In this document: in pieces, positions 49,981 through 58,878 of the stretch | How positions within the stretch are numbered: position 1 is the stretch's first letter | Layout: each line of letters starts with the position of its first letter | Assembly: GCA_963765205.1 (NCBI GenBank) | Contig: CAVXVB010000007.1 | Coordinates: 32,001 to 96,000, forward strand | DNA from: an uncultured Verrucomicrobiae bacterium | GTDB lineage: Bacteria; Verrucomicrobiota; Verrucomicrobiia; Opitutales; JABDGR01 | DNA length: 64,000 nucleotides | Direction of reading: 5' to 3' | Position numbers and translations under genes: made by a program | The notes under the pieces: generated by a model | The model's input: the letters and a program-made list of their open reading frames with translations, nothing else | Told to the model about the DNA's origin: nothing | Databases searched by the model: none

Positions 49981-50904
49981 ATGCCCGACGTGTTACAGGA
50001 AATAAAAATTGGCTCAAAAACGACGGATGCTCCTAGTCCAGACTTGGGAGAAAGTGGCTCTGGCCTGCTGGAAGACGTGCCGGTCTCCAGCCGTCTTTTC
50101 CTTGGCGACAGCCGGAAATTGGTCCGTCTCAAAAACGAAAGCGTGCACTTGGTGATTACTTCGCCGCCCTACTGGACGCTTAAGGAATATAACGACCATC
50201 CCGACCAACTCGGGCACGTCGCAGACTACGAGCAATTTCTCGATGAGTTGGACAAGGTTTGGCGGGAATGTTTGCGCGTGCTGGTGCCCGGCGGCCGCAT
50301 CGTGTGCGTGGTCGGGGATGTTTGCCTTTCACGCAAAAAAAATGGCCGGCACTTGGTCATGCCCCTCCACGCGGACATCACCGTGCGGTGCCGCAAAATT
50401 GGCTTTGATAACCTTAATCCCATTATTTGGCTGAAAATATCCAACGCCAACTTCGAAGCCAACACGAGCAGCAAGTTTCTCGGCAAGCCCTACGAGCCGA
50501 ACGCCATCATCAAAAACGACATGGAATTTATTTTGATGCAGCGCAAGCCGGGTGGCTACCGCCAGCCCACCGAACACCAGCGCGACCTGAGCCGGCTGCC
50601 CAAGGAGGAATTCCGCGAATGGTGCCAGCAAACCTGGAGCCTGACCGGCGCCAGCACGCGCGAACATCCGGCGCCGTTTCCCCTCGAGCTCGCCCAGCGC
50701 CTCGTCCGCATGTTCAGTTTCGCGGGCGACACCGTGCTCGATCCCTTCGCCGGCACGGGCACTACCCTGCTGGCCGCCACGCAATGGGGCCGCAACTCCG
50801 TCGGCTTCGAGGTGGACGCGAAATACTTTGCGCTCGCGAAGCGCCGCCTCGAGGACGCCCAACCCGACCTTTATCGCAAAGTGACTTTCGAGGCGGTCAA
50901 ATAG
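49981..50904 (+). CDS. Beta-class N4-cytosine/N6-adenine DNA methyltransferase
   Basis: Motif IV 'TSPPY' precedes 'HPAPFP' and motif I 'DPFAGTGT'. Confidence 0.92.
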   Translation: MPDVLQEIKIGSKTTDAPSPDLGESGSGLLEDVPVSSRLFLGDSRKLVRLKNESVHLVITSPPYWTLKEYNDHPDQLGHVADYEQFLDELDKVWRECLRVLVPGGRIVCVVGDVCLSRKKNGRHLVMPLHADITVRCRKIGFDNLNPIIWLKISNANFEANTSSKFLGKPYEPNAIIKNDMEFILMQRKPGGYRQPTEHQRDLSRLPKEEFREWCQQTWSLTGASTREHPAPFPLELAQRLVRMFSFAGDTVLDPFAGTGTTLLAATQWGRNSVGFEVDAKYFALAKRRLEDAQPDLYRKVTFEAVK

Positions 50905-50926
50905 TGAGCGGAACGGGCAGCTTGCA

Positions 50927-51838
50927 CTATTTTGCTTTTAGGGCAGTGAGTGCAGCGTTCAAAATCGAGTCGGGATGCTCGCTGGCGAAAACAACGACGT
51001 AGATGTTTTCCGACTTCAACCGGCTGGAAACATTCGAGTGCTCGTCGGTGAACGGGTAATAAATGAACGCGATGAATTTCCCCCTTGGATGGGCCGCTTT
51101 GAATTTCGCGGCTTTGTTCACAATCTCATCGCAACGCTTGTGGATGTCGCGCCGCGCCTCGATGCGTTTGATATCCACGGCCAGCGCAATTGGTCCCGTA
51201 GCCTGGTAAGCGGCATCCAGTTCAAAATTCTCTCCGCCAATTTCGAAATGCCGTTTCTTGAATAATTTCGGCAGGCCGGTCTTTTTGGCCGCGTTGTCCA
51301 GGGCCGCGCGCACCATGATCTCCCAGCGGCCTTTGCCCTTGCGAATTTCCTTGTCCAAAAACATCAGTCGGTCAATGGCGCAAAAACTGTTCAATTCCGT
51401 GCGCTCGGGTAGAAACGGTTTAAGATAGCCGGCGAGGGCCTTTGCGGAATCGCGCCGAAATCGTGGACTGTAGGAATTCAATCCTTTCAAGCCCAAATCC
51501 CGCTCGATTGCGCGCTCGGCGACGTTGCACAGAATCATCAAAGGCTTAGCCAGCATCGGATGTTTTGCCAGCACGCGACCCAGCTCGGTCGCATTCATGT
51601 CCCGAAAATTAATGACCTGGCAACGCTCCTCCGTGATGTGCGCTTGAAAGGCCGCCAGGGCATTCTCGCGAATAAGCTGCATCCGAATCTCCGCCGCCGG
51701 CGATGCCCGCGAAAGATAATCCCGATGTGTTCCATAAGAACCCCGCCTCTCCTCCACGGCCGGAGCCTTAGGCTCATTTGCCACAAGAAATGGAAGTTCG
51801 TCATCCACGCTCAAACCGTAATTTAATGGAAACGCCAA
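50927..51838 (-). CDS. Putative type II restriction endonuclease (start uncertain)
   Basis: Convergent with the methyltransferase; 'ELDAAY...VDIK' PD-(D/E)xK-like motif. Confidence 0.65.
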   Translation of the reverse strand: MAFPLNYGLSVDDELPFLVANEPKAPAVEERRGSYGTHRDYLSRASPAAEIRMQLIRENALAAFQAHITEERCQVINFRDMNATELGRVLAKHPMLAKPLMILCNVAERAIERDLGLKGLNSYSPRFRRDSAKALAGYLKPFLPERTELNSFCAIDRLMFLDKEIRKGKGRWEIMVRAALDNAAKKTGLPKLFKKRHFEIGGENFELDAAYQATGPIALAVDIKRIEARRDIHKRCDEIVNKAAKFKAAHPRGKFIAFIYYPFTDEHSNVSSRLKSENIYVVVFASEHPDSILNAALTALKAK

Positions 51839-51916
51839 GGGAAGCCAGATTTCGCGGCCGCAGATTCAACCTGCTCCCGACCTGCACTTCTGCGGCTCAG
51901 CGCGAGAATGCATTAA

Positions 51917-52040
51917 TCATGGACTTTCCCCCTGGTTAAATCCGATGCGCCGGCGCGGGGTTTCGGGCGGGGACGCGAGCAGGGGTTGCAGCTTGGTCCA
52001 GATGGTCCGCAGGGCGTTCTCATGACCATCTTGTCCTTTC
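51917..52040 (-). pseudogene. Remnant C-terminus resembling ORF6N-domain proteins
   Basis: 'HENALRTIWTKLQPLLASPPETPRRRIGF'; no credible upstream body. Confidence 0.45.
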
Positions 52041-52179
52041 CTTTCGCGCTTGGAATTGTTAGGATCAAAAACTCCGCCGTAAAATCTTTCCACGCTCACT
52101 ATTTGTTCGCCCGCGCTTTGAGTCTGACGAATATTCCAGAGCGCGGGCTAAAGCACCGCGCTACGGAAGTTTCGGCAAA

Positions 52180-52320
52180 TTGATGCATGGATTTCAAATC
52201 ACAACCTGGCACTTCAACACCTTCCCTTTGTGATCTTCATTTCTTCGTGGTGAATCACCTCCCCCCACCCTTTTCTTCACTGTCAACAACTTGTGAATAA
52301 GAACAGACCGGTCTGTCTGT
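52180..52320. other. Candidate oriC region
   Basis: C-rich to G-rich skew switch independent of gene strand; DnaA box tgtgaataa (TTATTCACA) at 52292-52300; mnmE/mnmG context; parS sites nearby. Confidence 0.65.
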
Positions 52321-55003
52321 ATGAATTCTCATCCTAAAGAGATTCGCCTAGGCAAGGCCAAGCCGTATGACGTGATTGTCTGCGGGGCGGGTCATGCTGG
52401 GTGTGAGGCGGCGCTGGCGGCGGCACGGATGAGGGCCGATGTGCTGATGCTTTCGGGTAATGTAGACACGATTGCCCAGATGAGTTGCAACCCGGCGATT
52501 GGCGGCCAGGCGAAGGGGCATATGGTACGGGAGATTGATGCGCTGGGGGGCGAGATGGCGATCAACACGGATGTCACGGCGATTCAGTTTCGGTTGTTGA
52601 ACGCGTCGAAGGGGCCGGCGGTCCATGGGCCGCGGGCGCAGTGCGACAAGAAGGCTTACCAGTTTCGCATGAAGCATGTGCTGGAGTTGCAGGCGAACTT
52701 GACGCTGTTCCAAGCGGTGGTTACGGGGTTGATTTTTGAGGGCGGCGCGGTGGTGGGCGTGCGGACGAGCATGGATATCGAGTTTTATGGGCGGGCGGTG
52801 GTGGTGACGACGGGGACGTTTTTGCGGGGGTTGATGCACATCGGCCGCAACAAGAACGAGGGGGGCAGGCTGGGGGACTTTTCGTCCAAGAGCCTGTCTG
52901 CTAGTTTTCTGGAAGCGGGGATCGAGTTGGAGAGGCTGAAGACGGGGACGCCGCCGCGGATTTTGGGGTCGAGCATAGACTTTACGAAATGCCGCGAGCA
53001 GCCTGGGGATGTGGTGCCGACGCTGTTTGCTTTTTACGATACGCGATATGGGGTGGAGGGGGGAATGTTCCACGTGGAACATAAGGAGGGCAGAATGGAA
53101 GATGGAAAATGGAAAATGGAAGAAGAAGACCAGAACGCGACAATGGCGCGACGGGCAGAGGGCGAAGGGCGGGGAGCGGGGAGCGGGGAGCGGGGGAGGG
53201 AGGGAGCAGAGGAGCAAAGGAGCAGAGGAGCAGAGGCCCCACTTCGCCAAGGCTTCGAGGGGCAAGGCGAGGGGAAAGAGCAATACGGAACGTTCAACGC
53301 TCAACGTTTAACGTTTAACGCTCAAATGGAAGAGGGGACGGCTGTGGAAGGGGCGGAGGGCGAAGGGAGGAATGTGGAAGGTGGAATGGAAGATGGAAAA
53401 TGGACAATGGAAGAAAGTTGCCCTAGAGCAGAAGGGAATGAGAGCAAAGAGGGTGGGGCGAAGGACAACCGGGCAGCCTACTCCCGACTCCTGACTTCTG
53501 ATTCCCTGGCACCAATTCCAAAATCTACCCCTCACCCTTCATTCTCCACATTATCCGCCGCCCTTCGCGTAATGTTCCACGTGGAACATCGGGCGGGGCA
53601 GACTTTGCTGGGCTGGAGGCCGGGGGAGAGCCAGGTGTCGTGCTGGATGACGGATACGAGCGTGGAGACGGCGCAGATTGTGCGGGAGAACCTGCATTTG
53701 TCGGCGATGTATGCGGGGGAGATTGCGGGGGTGGGGCCGCGGTATTGTCCGTCCATCGAGGACAAGTTTGTGAGATTTAGTGATAAAACATCCCATCGCC
53801 TTTTCCTGGAGCCGGAGGGGCGGCACACGGACGAGTGGTATATCAACGGGTTGTCCACCTCGCTGCCGTTCGAGGTGCAGTTGCGGGTGCTGCACAGCAT
53901 CCCGGGGCTGGAGCGGGCGGCGATGATGCGGCCGGCTTACGCGGTGGAATACGACTTTGCGCCGCCGACGCAGTTGCAGCCGTCGCTGGAGTCGAAGAAG
54001 GTGGCGCGGCTGTTTTTCGCGGGGCAGATCAACGGCACGTCGGGCTACGAGGAGGCGGCGGCGCAGGGGTTGGTGGCGGGGATCAACGCGGTGCTGCGGG
54101 TGCGGGGCGAGGCGCCGTTCATTCTCGGGCGGCACGAGGCCTATATCGGCGTGCTGGTGGACGATTTGGTGACGAAGGGCACGTCGGAGCCATATCGGAT
54201 GTTCACGAGCCGGGCAGAGCATCGGCTGCTGTTCAACCACGGGAGCGCGGAGCTGCGGTTGGTCGAGCACGCGGCGCGACATGGGCTGGTGCCGGCGGAG
54301 CGGTTGGCGCGGATGCGGGAGAAGGCGCGGTTGGTGGAGCAGTGGACGGCGGCGCTGGAGACGGAGCGGGTGAAGGGCGGGAGTGTGGGCGATTGGCTGC
54401 GCAAGCAGGGAGCGGGGAGCGGGGAGCAAGAGGGAGGAAGAATGGAAGATGGAAAATGGAAGATGGAAAAAACGGGCGAAGAGCGAGGGGCGAAAAGAGA
54501 GGGAACGAACGCTCAACGTTCAACGTTTAACGCTTAACACTCAAGTGGAAGAGGGGAAGGGTGCGGAAGGGGCAAAGGGCGAAGGGCGCAAAGGAGAAGA
54601 TGTTAACCACGGAGGGCACGGAGAACACGGAGGAGGAAATGAAAGGGCAGAGACCCCACTTCGCCAAGGCTGCGAGGGGCAAGGGGGGATTTTGCCGGCG
54701 GAGTTTTTGGCGTTGGCTGCGGCGGTGCGCGAGGAGGTGGTGTATCGCGTGCGGTATCGGGGGTATCGGGAGCGGGAGATGCGGCAGATCGAGAAGATGC
54801 GTCACTTGGAAAATGTGCGGTTGCCGGCGGATTTGGATTATGGCGCGGTGCCGGGATTGCGCGCGGAGAGCCGGCAGAAGCTGGCGTTGGTGCGGCCGGC
54901 GACGCTGGCGCAGGCGCAGCGGATCAGCGGGGTGGGGCCGGCGGATGTGTCGTTGTTGCTCGTTGCCCTGAGGGGCAAAGGGACAGAGGGACAAAGGCAC
55001 TGA
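52321..55003 (+). CDS. mnmG: MnmG (GidA) with two repeat inserts; frame change within the second insert (about 54403-54535)
   Basis: '[10 protein letters not shown]', 'MSCNPAIGG', 'RLKTGTPPR', '[11 protein letters not shown]', '[14 protein letters not shown]', '[11 protein letters not shown]'; C-terminal '[17 protein letters not shown]' lies in ORF 54383-55003. Confidence 0.95.
53066..53081. promoter_or_regulatory. parS site 1
   Basis: Perfect palindrome TGTTCCACGTGGAACA (encodes MFHVEH). Confidence 0.88.
53573..53588. promoter_or_regulatory. parS site 2
   Basis: Identical palindrome 507 bp downstream, same reading frame. Confidence 0.88.
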
Positions 55004-55164
55004 GGGGGAGCGGAGAGATGATTCACCGCAAAGGCGCGAAGAGCGCGGAGGGTCTACGGTCAAAGGCCCGCCTTGCCAGGGTCTTTCTATTTGACCCCCA
55101 ACCAAAATCGCCGTCAAATCAAGGCGGCTTCCAAGTTAAAAAAATCGCGCCAACCTAATCTGCC

Positions 55165-55924
55165 ATGGATGAACCAATGCCAAAGTTGAAAAACGCGCCA
55201 ATTATTGAAGCGGTGCTCGACATTGATTGTGACATGCCGCCGGGGCAAGAAATTTCGACCTTGGAAGCATCCGCGCGGGCGTCATTCCAACCGCAATATC
55301 CGAAATTCCAAACTATTTTCAATCAAGAACTCCGTCTGGAGCCGAAACTGGGAGCACCAGCACAAGTGTCCACCCTGCACAAAATGCAAGGCCTTCAATT
55401 CCTGCAAGACGATGGGCGGCAACTCGTGCAGGTGCGAACGCAAGGCTTTTCCTTCAATCGCCTTGCCCCCTATTCCACGCTGGATGATTATTTGCAGGAA
55501 ATGGAACGAACCTGGAATCTGTTCGTCAAGCTTGCCTCACCCGTTCAAGTCCGGGTGATTTCGGCTACGATATATCAACCGCATCTTGTTGCCCAAGCCG
55601 GGTGTAAAAGTTCAGCTCGATGACTATCTCAAGATTGGCCCGCACTTGCCCGATGAAGAGAAATTTGAGCTTATCGGCTTTCTCCATCAACATGCCGCCG
55701 TCGAAGTGGAGACCAAGAATCAAGTGAACATAATTCTGGCGGCTCAACCTCCAGAAAACGATATGCTTCCGTTGATTTTTGATATAACTGCGGCAAGCGC
55801 GACAACGCAGGAACCCGGCAATTGGGCTGCAATCGCCGAAAAAATCCAGTCATTAAGACACTTGAAAAACCGGGTTTTTAGAAATACAATTACTGAAAAA
55901 TGTATCAGCCTATTTCAACAATAA
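55165..55924 (+). CDS. TIGR04255-family protein (extra T near 55560)
   Basis: 'LKNAPIIEAVLDI', 'FSFNRLAPY', 'RLRYINRI' restored by removing one base, 'LRHLKNRVF...ITE'. Family recognised from memory. Confidence 0.75.
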
Positions 55925-56427
55925 GCGTTTTAGCCGGATTTACCGCTTTCCATGCGATGGGTGGGGAGGGCAGCGCCATTTCGCCTGCGGCCAAGGAGAT
56001 CAATCGGGCGGCCACCGCCATCGTGGCCGCCATGGAACAATCGCAAGCGCAATTCGGGGCGAAGGCCGAAGCAATTTCGCGTTTGATGATGCTGGCCGAT
56101 GAGTATGCCATGGATGAAACAATTGCCATCCATCCACGGACCATTTTGACCGCAGAATGCTTTCTGCGCGCGTTGCCTGACTTTTTACCGTTGCCGGAAT
56201 TTTCTGTTGAACCCGACGGGGCCATTTCCTTGGACTGGATTGAATCGCGCAACCGTCTCTTTTCTTTGAGCGTGGGCGCAAACAATCGGTTGGCTTATGC
56301 GTGGCTGGACGGAACGGATCGAGGCCACGGGGTCGCACGTTTCGATGGTCAGCAAATCCCGATGCGCGTCATTGAAGGCATCATCGCGATTACGAAAAAT
56401 GAAAACGCTTCCTTCCGGGCTGCCTGA
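55900..56427 (+). CDS. Hypothetical protein, gene 2 of the cassette
   Basis: Overlaps both neighbours; 'LPLPEFSVEPDGAISLDW...LAYAWLDG'. Confidence 0.75.
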   Translation: MYQPISTISVLAGFTAFHAMGGEGSAISPAAKEINRAATAIVAAMEQSQAQFGAKAEAISRLMMLADEYAMDETIAIHPRTILTAECFLRALPDFLPLPEFSVEPDGAISLDWIESRNRLFSLSVGANNRLAYAWLDGTDRGHGVARFDGQQIPMRVIEGIIAITKNENASFRAA

Positions 56428-56812
56428 ACAGGTCACTGACGAGGAGGATCTTGCGCGGTTTCTCACGTCGTCAAGCCAGTTCAATTCAAAGATGGTCAAA
56501 CCATCCGTCTTTTTGCCTGAACCGATTGCGCAAGAAACCTCTGTTTTTCGCCATGGGAGCGAACCCCAAGAAGGCCTATGGGCGATTGGCTACGAATATG
56601 CGGCACAGGACCGTATCCTCCACGGAGCCGCAATTATTAAGGCCCGCGAAGTTAGAATTATCCAACTTGAGGTGATGGCATACGAACCGCCGCCGCTGCA
56701 TCCGGCAATAAGAAATTGGCCTTGGGTCGACAATGATCCTGTAATGCAAAAGGCGCGGCAAAAAGAATTGGCGAATCTACTCGCAAACAAAGCCCAGCTT
56801 TCGAAAAAATGA
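56399..56812 (+). CDS. Hypothetical protein with ADP-ribosyltransferase/RES-like residue pattern, gene 3 of the cassette
   Basis: 'EDLARFL...ETSVFR...HGAAII...EPPPLHPAI..WP'; fold assignment is inference. Confidence 0.6.
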   Translation: MKTLPSGLPEQVTDEEDLARFLTSSSQFNSKMVKPSVFLPEPIAQETSVFRHGSEPQEGLWAIGYEYAAQDRILHGAAIIKAREVRIIQLEVMAYEPPPLHPAIRNWPWVDNDPVMQKARQKELANLLANKAQLSKK

Positions 56813-56855
56813 CCGTTAGAGGATGAAACTTTAAATCGCAAGAAGTGCCGCATAT

Positions 56856-57668
56856 ATGAACATCCTCTGTCTCGACATTGGCAATACGCGGGCGCATGCG
56901 GGGGTGGTGCGCGGGGGGAGGCTGGAGTGGCAGTGCGCGGTGCCGACGCGGTTGATCGCGGATCCGGTGGCGGGGTTGGGGCCGCGGTTCGCGGAGTTGG
57001 CGGGGGGGCCTCATACGCCGGCGGGGGTGGCGTATTGTTCGGTGGTGCCGGCGGCGACGGCGGTGGTGGAGCCTTTATTGGCGGCGACGGGGTGGCCGTT
57101 GTTTCATTTGACGTGGCGGGAGTGCGCGGTGCTGGGGTTGCCGATTGATTATCCGCACCCGGAGCAGATTGGCGAGGATCGGCTGGCGCTGGCGATCGGG
57201 ACGCTGGCGGCGTATGGCGCGCCGGCGGTGGCGATTGATTTGGGCACGGCGGTGACGTTTGACGTGATCAATGCGCGGGGGGCGTATGCGGGGGGGATTA
57301 TCGCGCCGGGGTTGGCGTTGATGACGCGTTATTTGCACGAGCAGACGGCGTTGCTGCCGGAGCTGGACCCCAATGATTTGGTGGTGTCGGCGGGGATTGG
57401 GACGAGCACGGTGGAGGCGATGAAGATTGGGTGCGCGACGGGGTTTGCGGGGATGATTCGGGCGATTTTGGACCGCTTGCTCGAGGAGATGCGGCGGCGG
57501 GGGGAGGGTCATGCGCGGGTGGTGGCGACGGGGGGGAGCGCGGGGTTGTTGCCGCGGGCGTGGCTGGGGGAGATCGAGTTTGACCCGGATTTGTTGTTGA
57601 AGGGGTTGGCGGTGGGGTGGGAACGGAAGAAGAAGTTAGAAGCCAGAGCATTTTCAAAAATAGTGTAG
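56856..57668 (+). CDS. coaX: Type III pantothenate kinase (last codons read into the IS end)
   Basis: 'LDIGNT', 'SVVP', 'IGEDR', 'DLGTAVT', 'GGIIAPG', 'ATGG', 'LLLKGL'. Confidence 0.93.
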   Translation: MNILCLDIGNTRAHAGVVRGGRLEWQCAVPTRLIADPVAGLGPRFAELAGGPHTPAGVAYCSVVPAATAVVEPLLAATGWPLFHLTWRECAVLGLPIDYPHPEQIGEDRLALAIGTLAAYGAPAVAIDLGTAVTFDVINARGAYAGGIIAPGLALMTRYLHEQTALLPELDPNDLVVSAGIGTSTVEAMKIGCATGFAGMIRAILDRLLEEMRRRGEGHARVVATGGSAGLLPRAWLGEIEFDPDLLLKGLAVGWERKKKLEARAFSKIV

Positions 57669-58624
57669 CCATTTGGCAGGGAAGCTGCTACAGTTTGGGA
57701 GATGAAAACCACCTCGTTGGATTTGCGGGAACGCATCCTCGCCGCGTATGACGCGGACGAAGGCCCGCGGGCGGAGGTCGCTTGGCGGTTTCGGGTGTCG
57801 CTGGGCTTGGTCAAGAAGCTGTTGCAGCAACGTCGGCGCAGGGGGGCGACGGCCCCCAGCACCACCGCAGCGGGCGCAAGCCGCGCCTGCGCGAACAACA
57901 CCGTCAGCGCCTGCGGCGGTTGGTCGCCGAGAAGCCTGACCGCACCTTGCGCGAATTGCGGGAGGCGTTGGGCCTGGACTGCGCGCTGCCGACGATCCAT
58001 TACGCCCTGGCCGCGCTGGGCCTGACCTATAAAAAAAACGCTGCGCGCCGCCGAGCAAGAGCGGCCCGACCTCGCGCGGTTGCGGCGACGGTGGGTGCGG
58101 CGCCAACGCGGCTGGGATCCCGCGCGGCTGGTCTTCCTTGATGAATCGGCCGCCAAGACGAACATGACACGTTTGCACGGACGGGCTCCGCGCGGCCAGC
58201 GGTTGCGGGCGAAGTGCCCGCACGGACACTGGCGCACCACCACGATGCTCTCCTCCATCCGGCTGGACGGTTCGACCGCCTGCCTGACCATCGAGGCGGC
58301 CACCGACACCGACGTTTTGCGAAATCCTCGCCCCCGCGCTGCGTCCCGGCGACGTGGTGGTCCTGGACAACCTCAGCCCCCACAAAAACGACCACACCCT
58401 CGCGCTGATCCGCGCTGCCGGCGCGAGCGTCGAGTTCCTGCCCGCCTACTCGCCCGACTTTAACCCCATCGAACGGATGGGGAGCAAAGTCAAGGCCAGC
58501 CTGCGCGCCGCCGCGGCCCGCACCGCGGCTGACTTGTTCGCCGCCATCGGACGGGCCCTGCGCCAAGTCACCGCCGCCGCCCATTGGTTTGCCCACTGCG
58601 GCTACAGTTTTGTCTAAAATGATC
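57646..58624 (+). mobile_element. Decayed IS630-family element
   Basis: Ends (ca)gagcatttt / aaaatgatc(ta); 'SLDLRERI', 'VFLDES', 'VLDNL..HK', 'LPAYSPDFNPIE'; A8 run at 58031-58038; extra breaks near 57855 and 58320. Confidence 0.9.
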
Positions 58625-58878
58625 TAGGAGTTAGAAGTTAGAATCAAGGCGTCGGCGACGGAGGGGCCGAGGCAAATTGCTGAATTCTGAATGCTGATTG
58701 CTGAATATTCAACAAGCTCAATTTCGACCGGGTTTAGTTAAAGCTGGACAATATGATTTTCGCCTCAGTTCGGCATCCTCAGTCGCCTCAGTGGCCTCAG
58801 TCGCTTATAGTCACTTGCCTTCCCGCCCGTAAATCGCGTATATCTTGCGCTTCCGCGGTTTGGTCCGCTGGGTTTCCC

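Noticed and set aside
53066..53081. TGTTC...GAACA as a Verrucomicrobia LexA box
   Set aside because: Spacer is 6 bp, not 4; the sequence is a canonical parS and lies mid-gene.
49154..54688. mnmE/mnmG inserts as inteins or group I/II introns
   Set aside because: No intein termini (Cys/Ser start, His-Asn end), no endonuclease or reverse transcriptase, and no recognisable intron core; the sequence is low-complexity repeat.
58777..58804. CCTCAGTSG x3 as iterons or an operator
   Set aside because: Fits the general 9-mer module pattern; no independent support.
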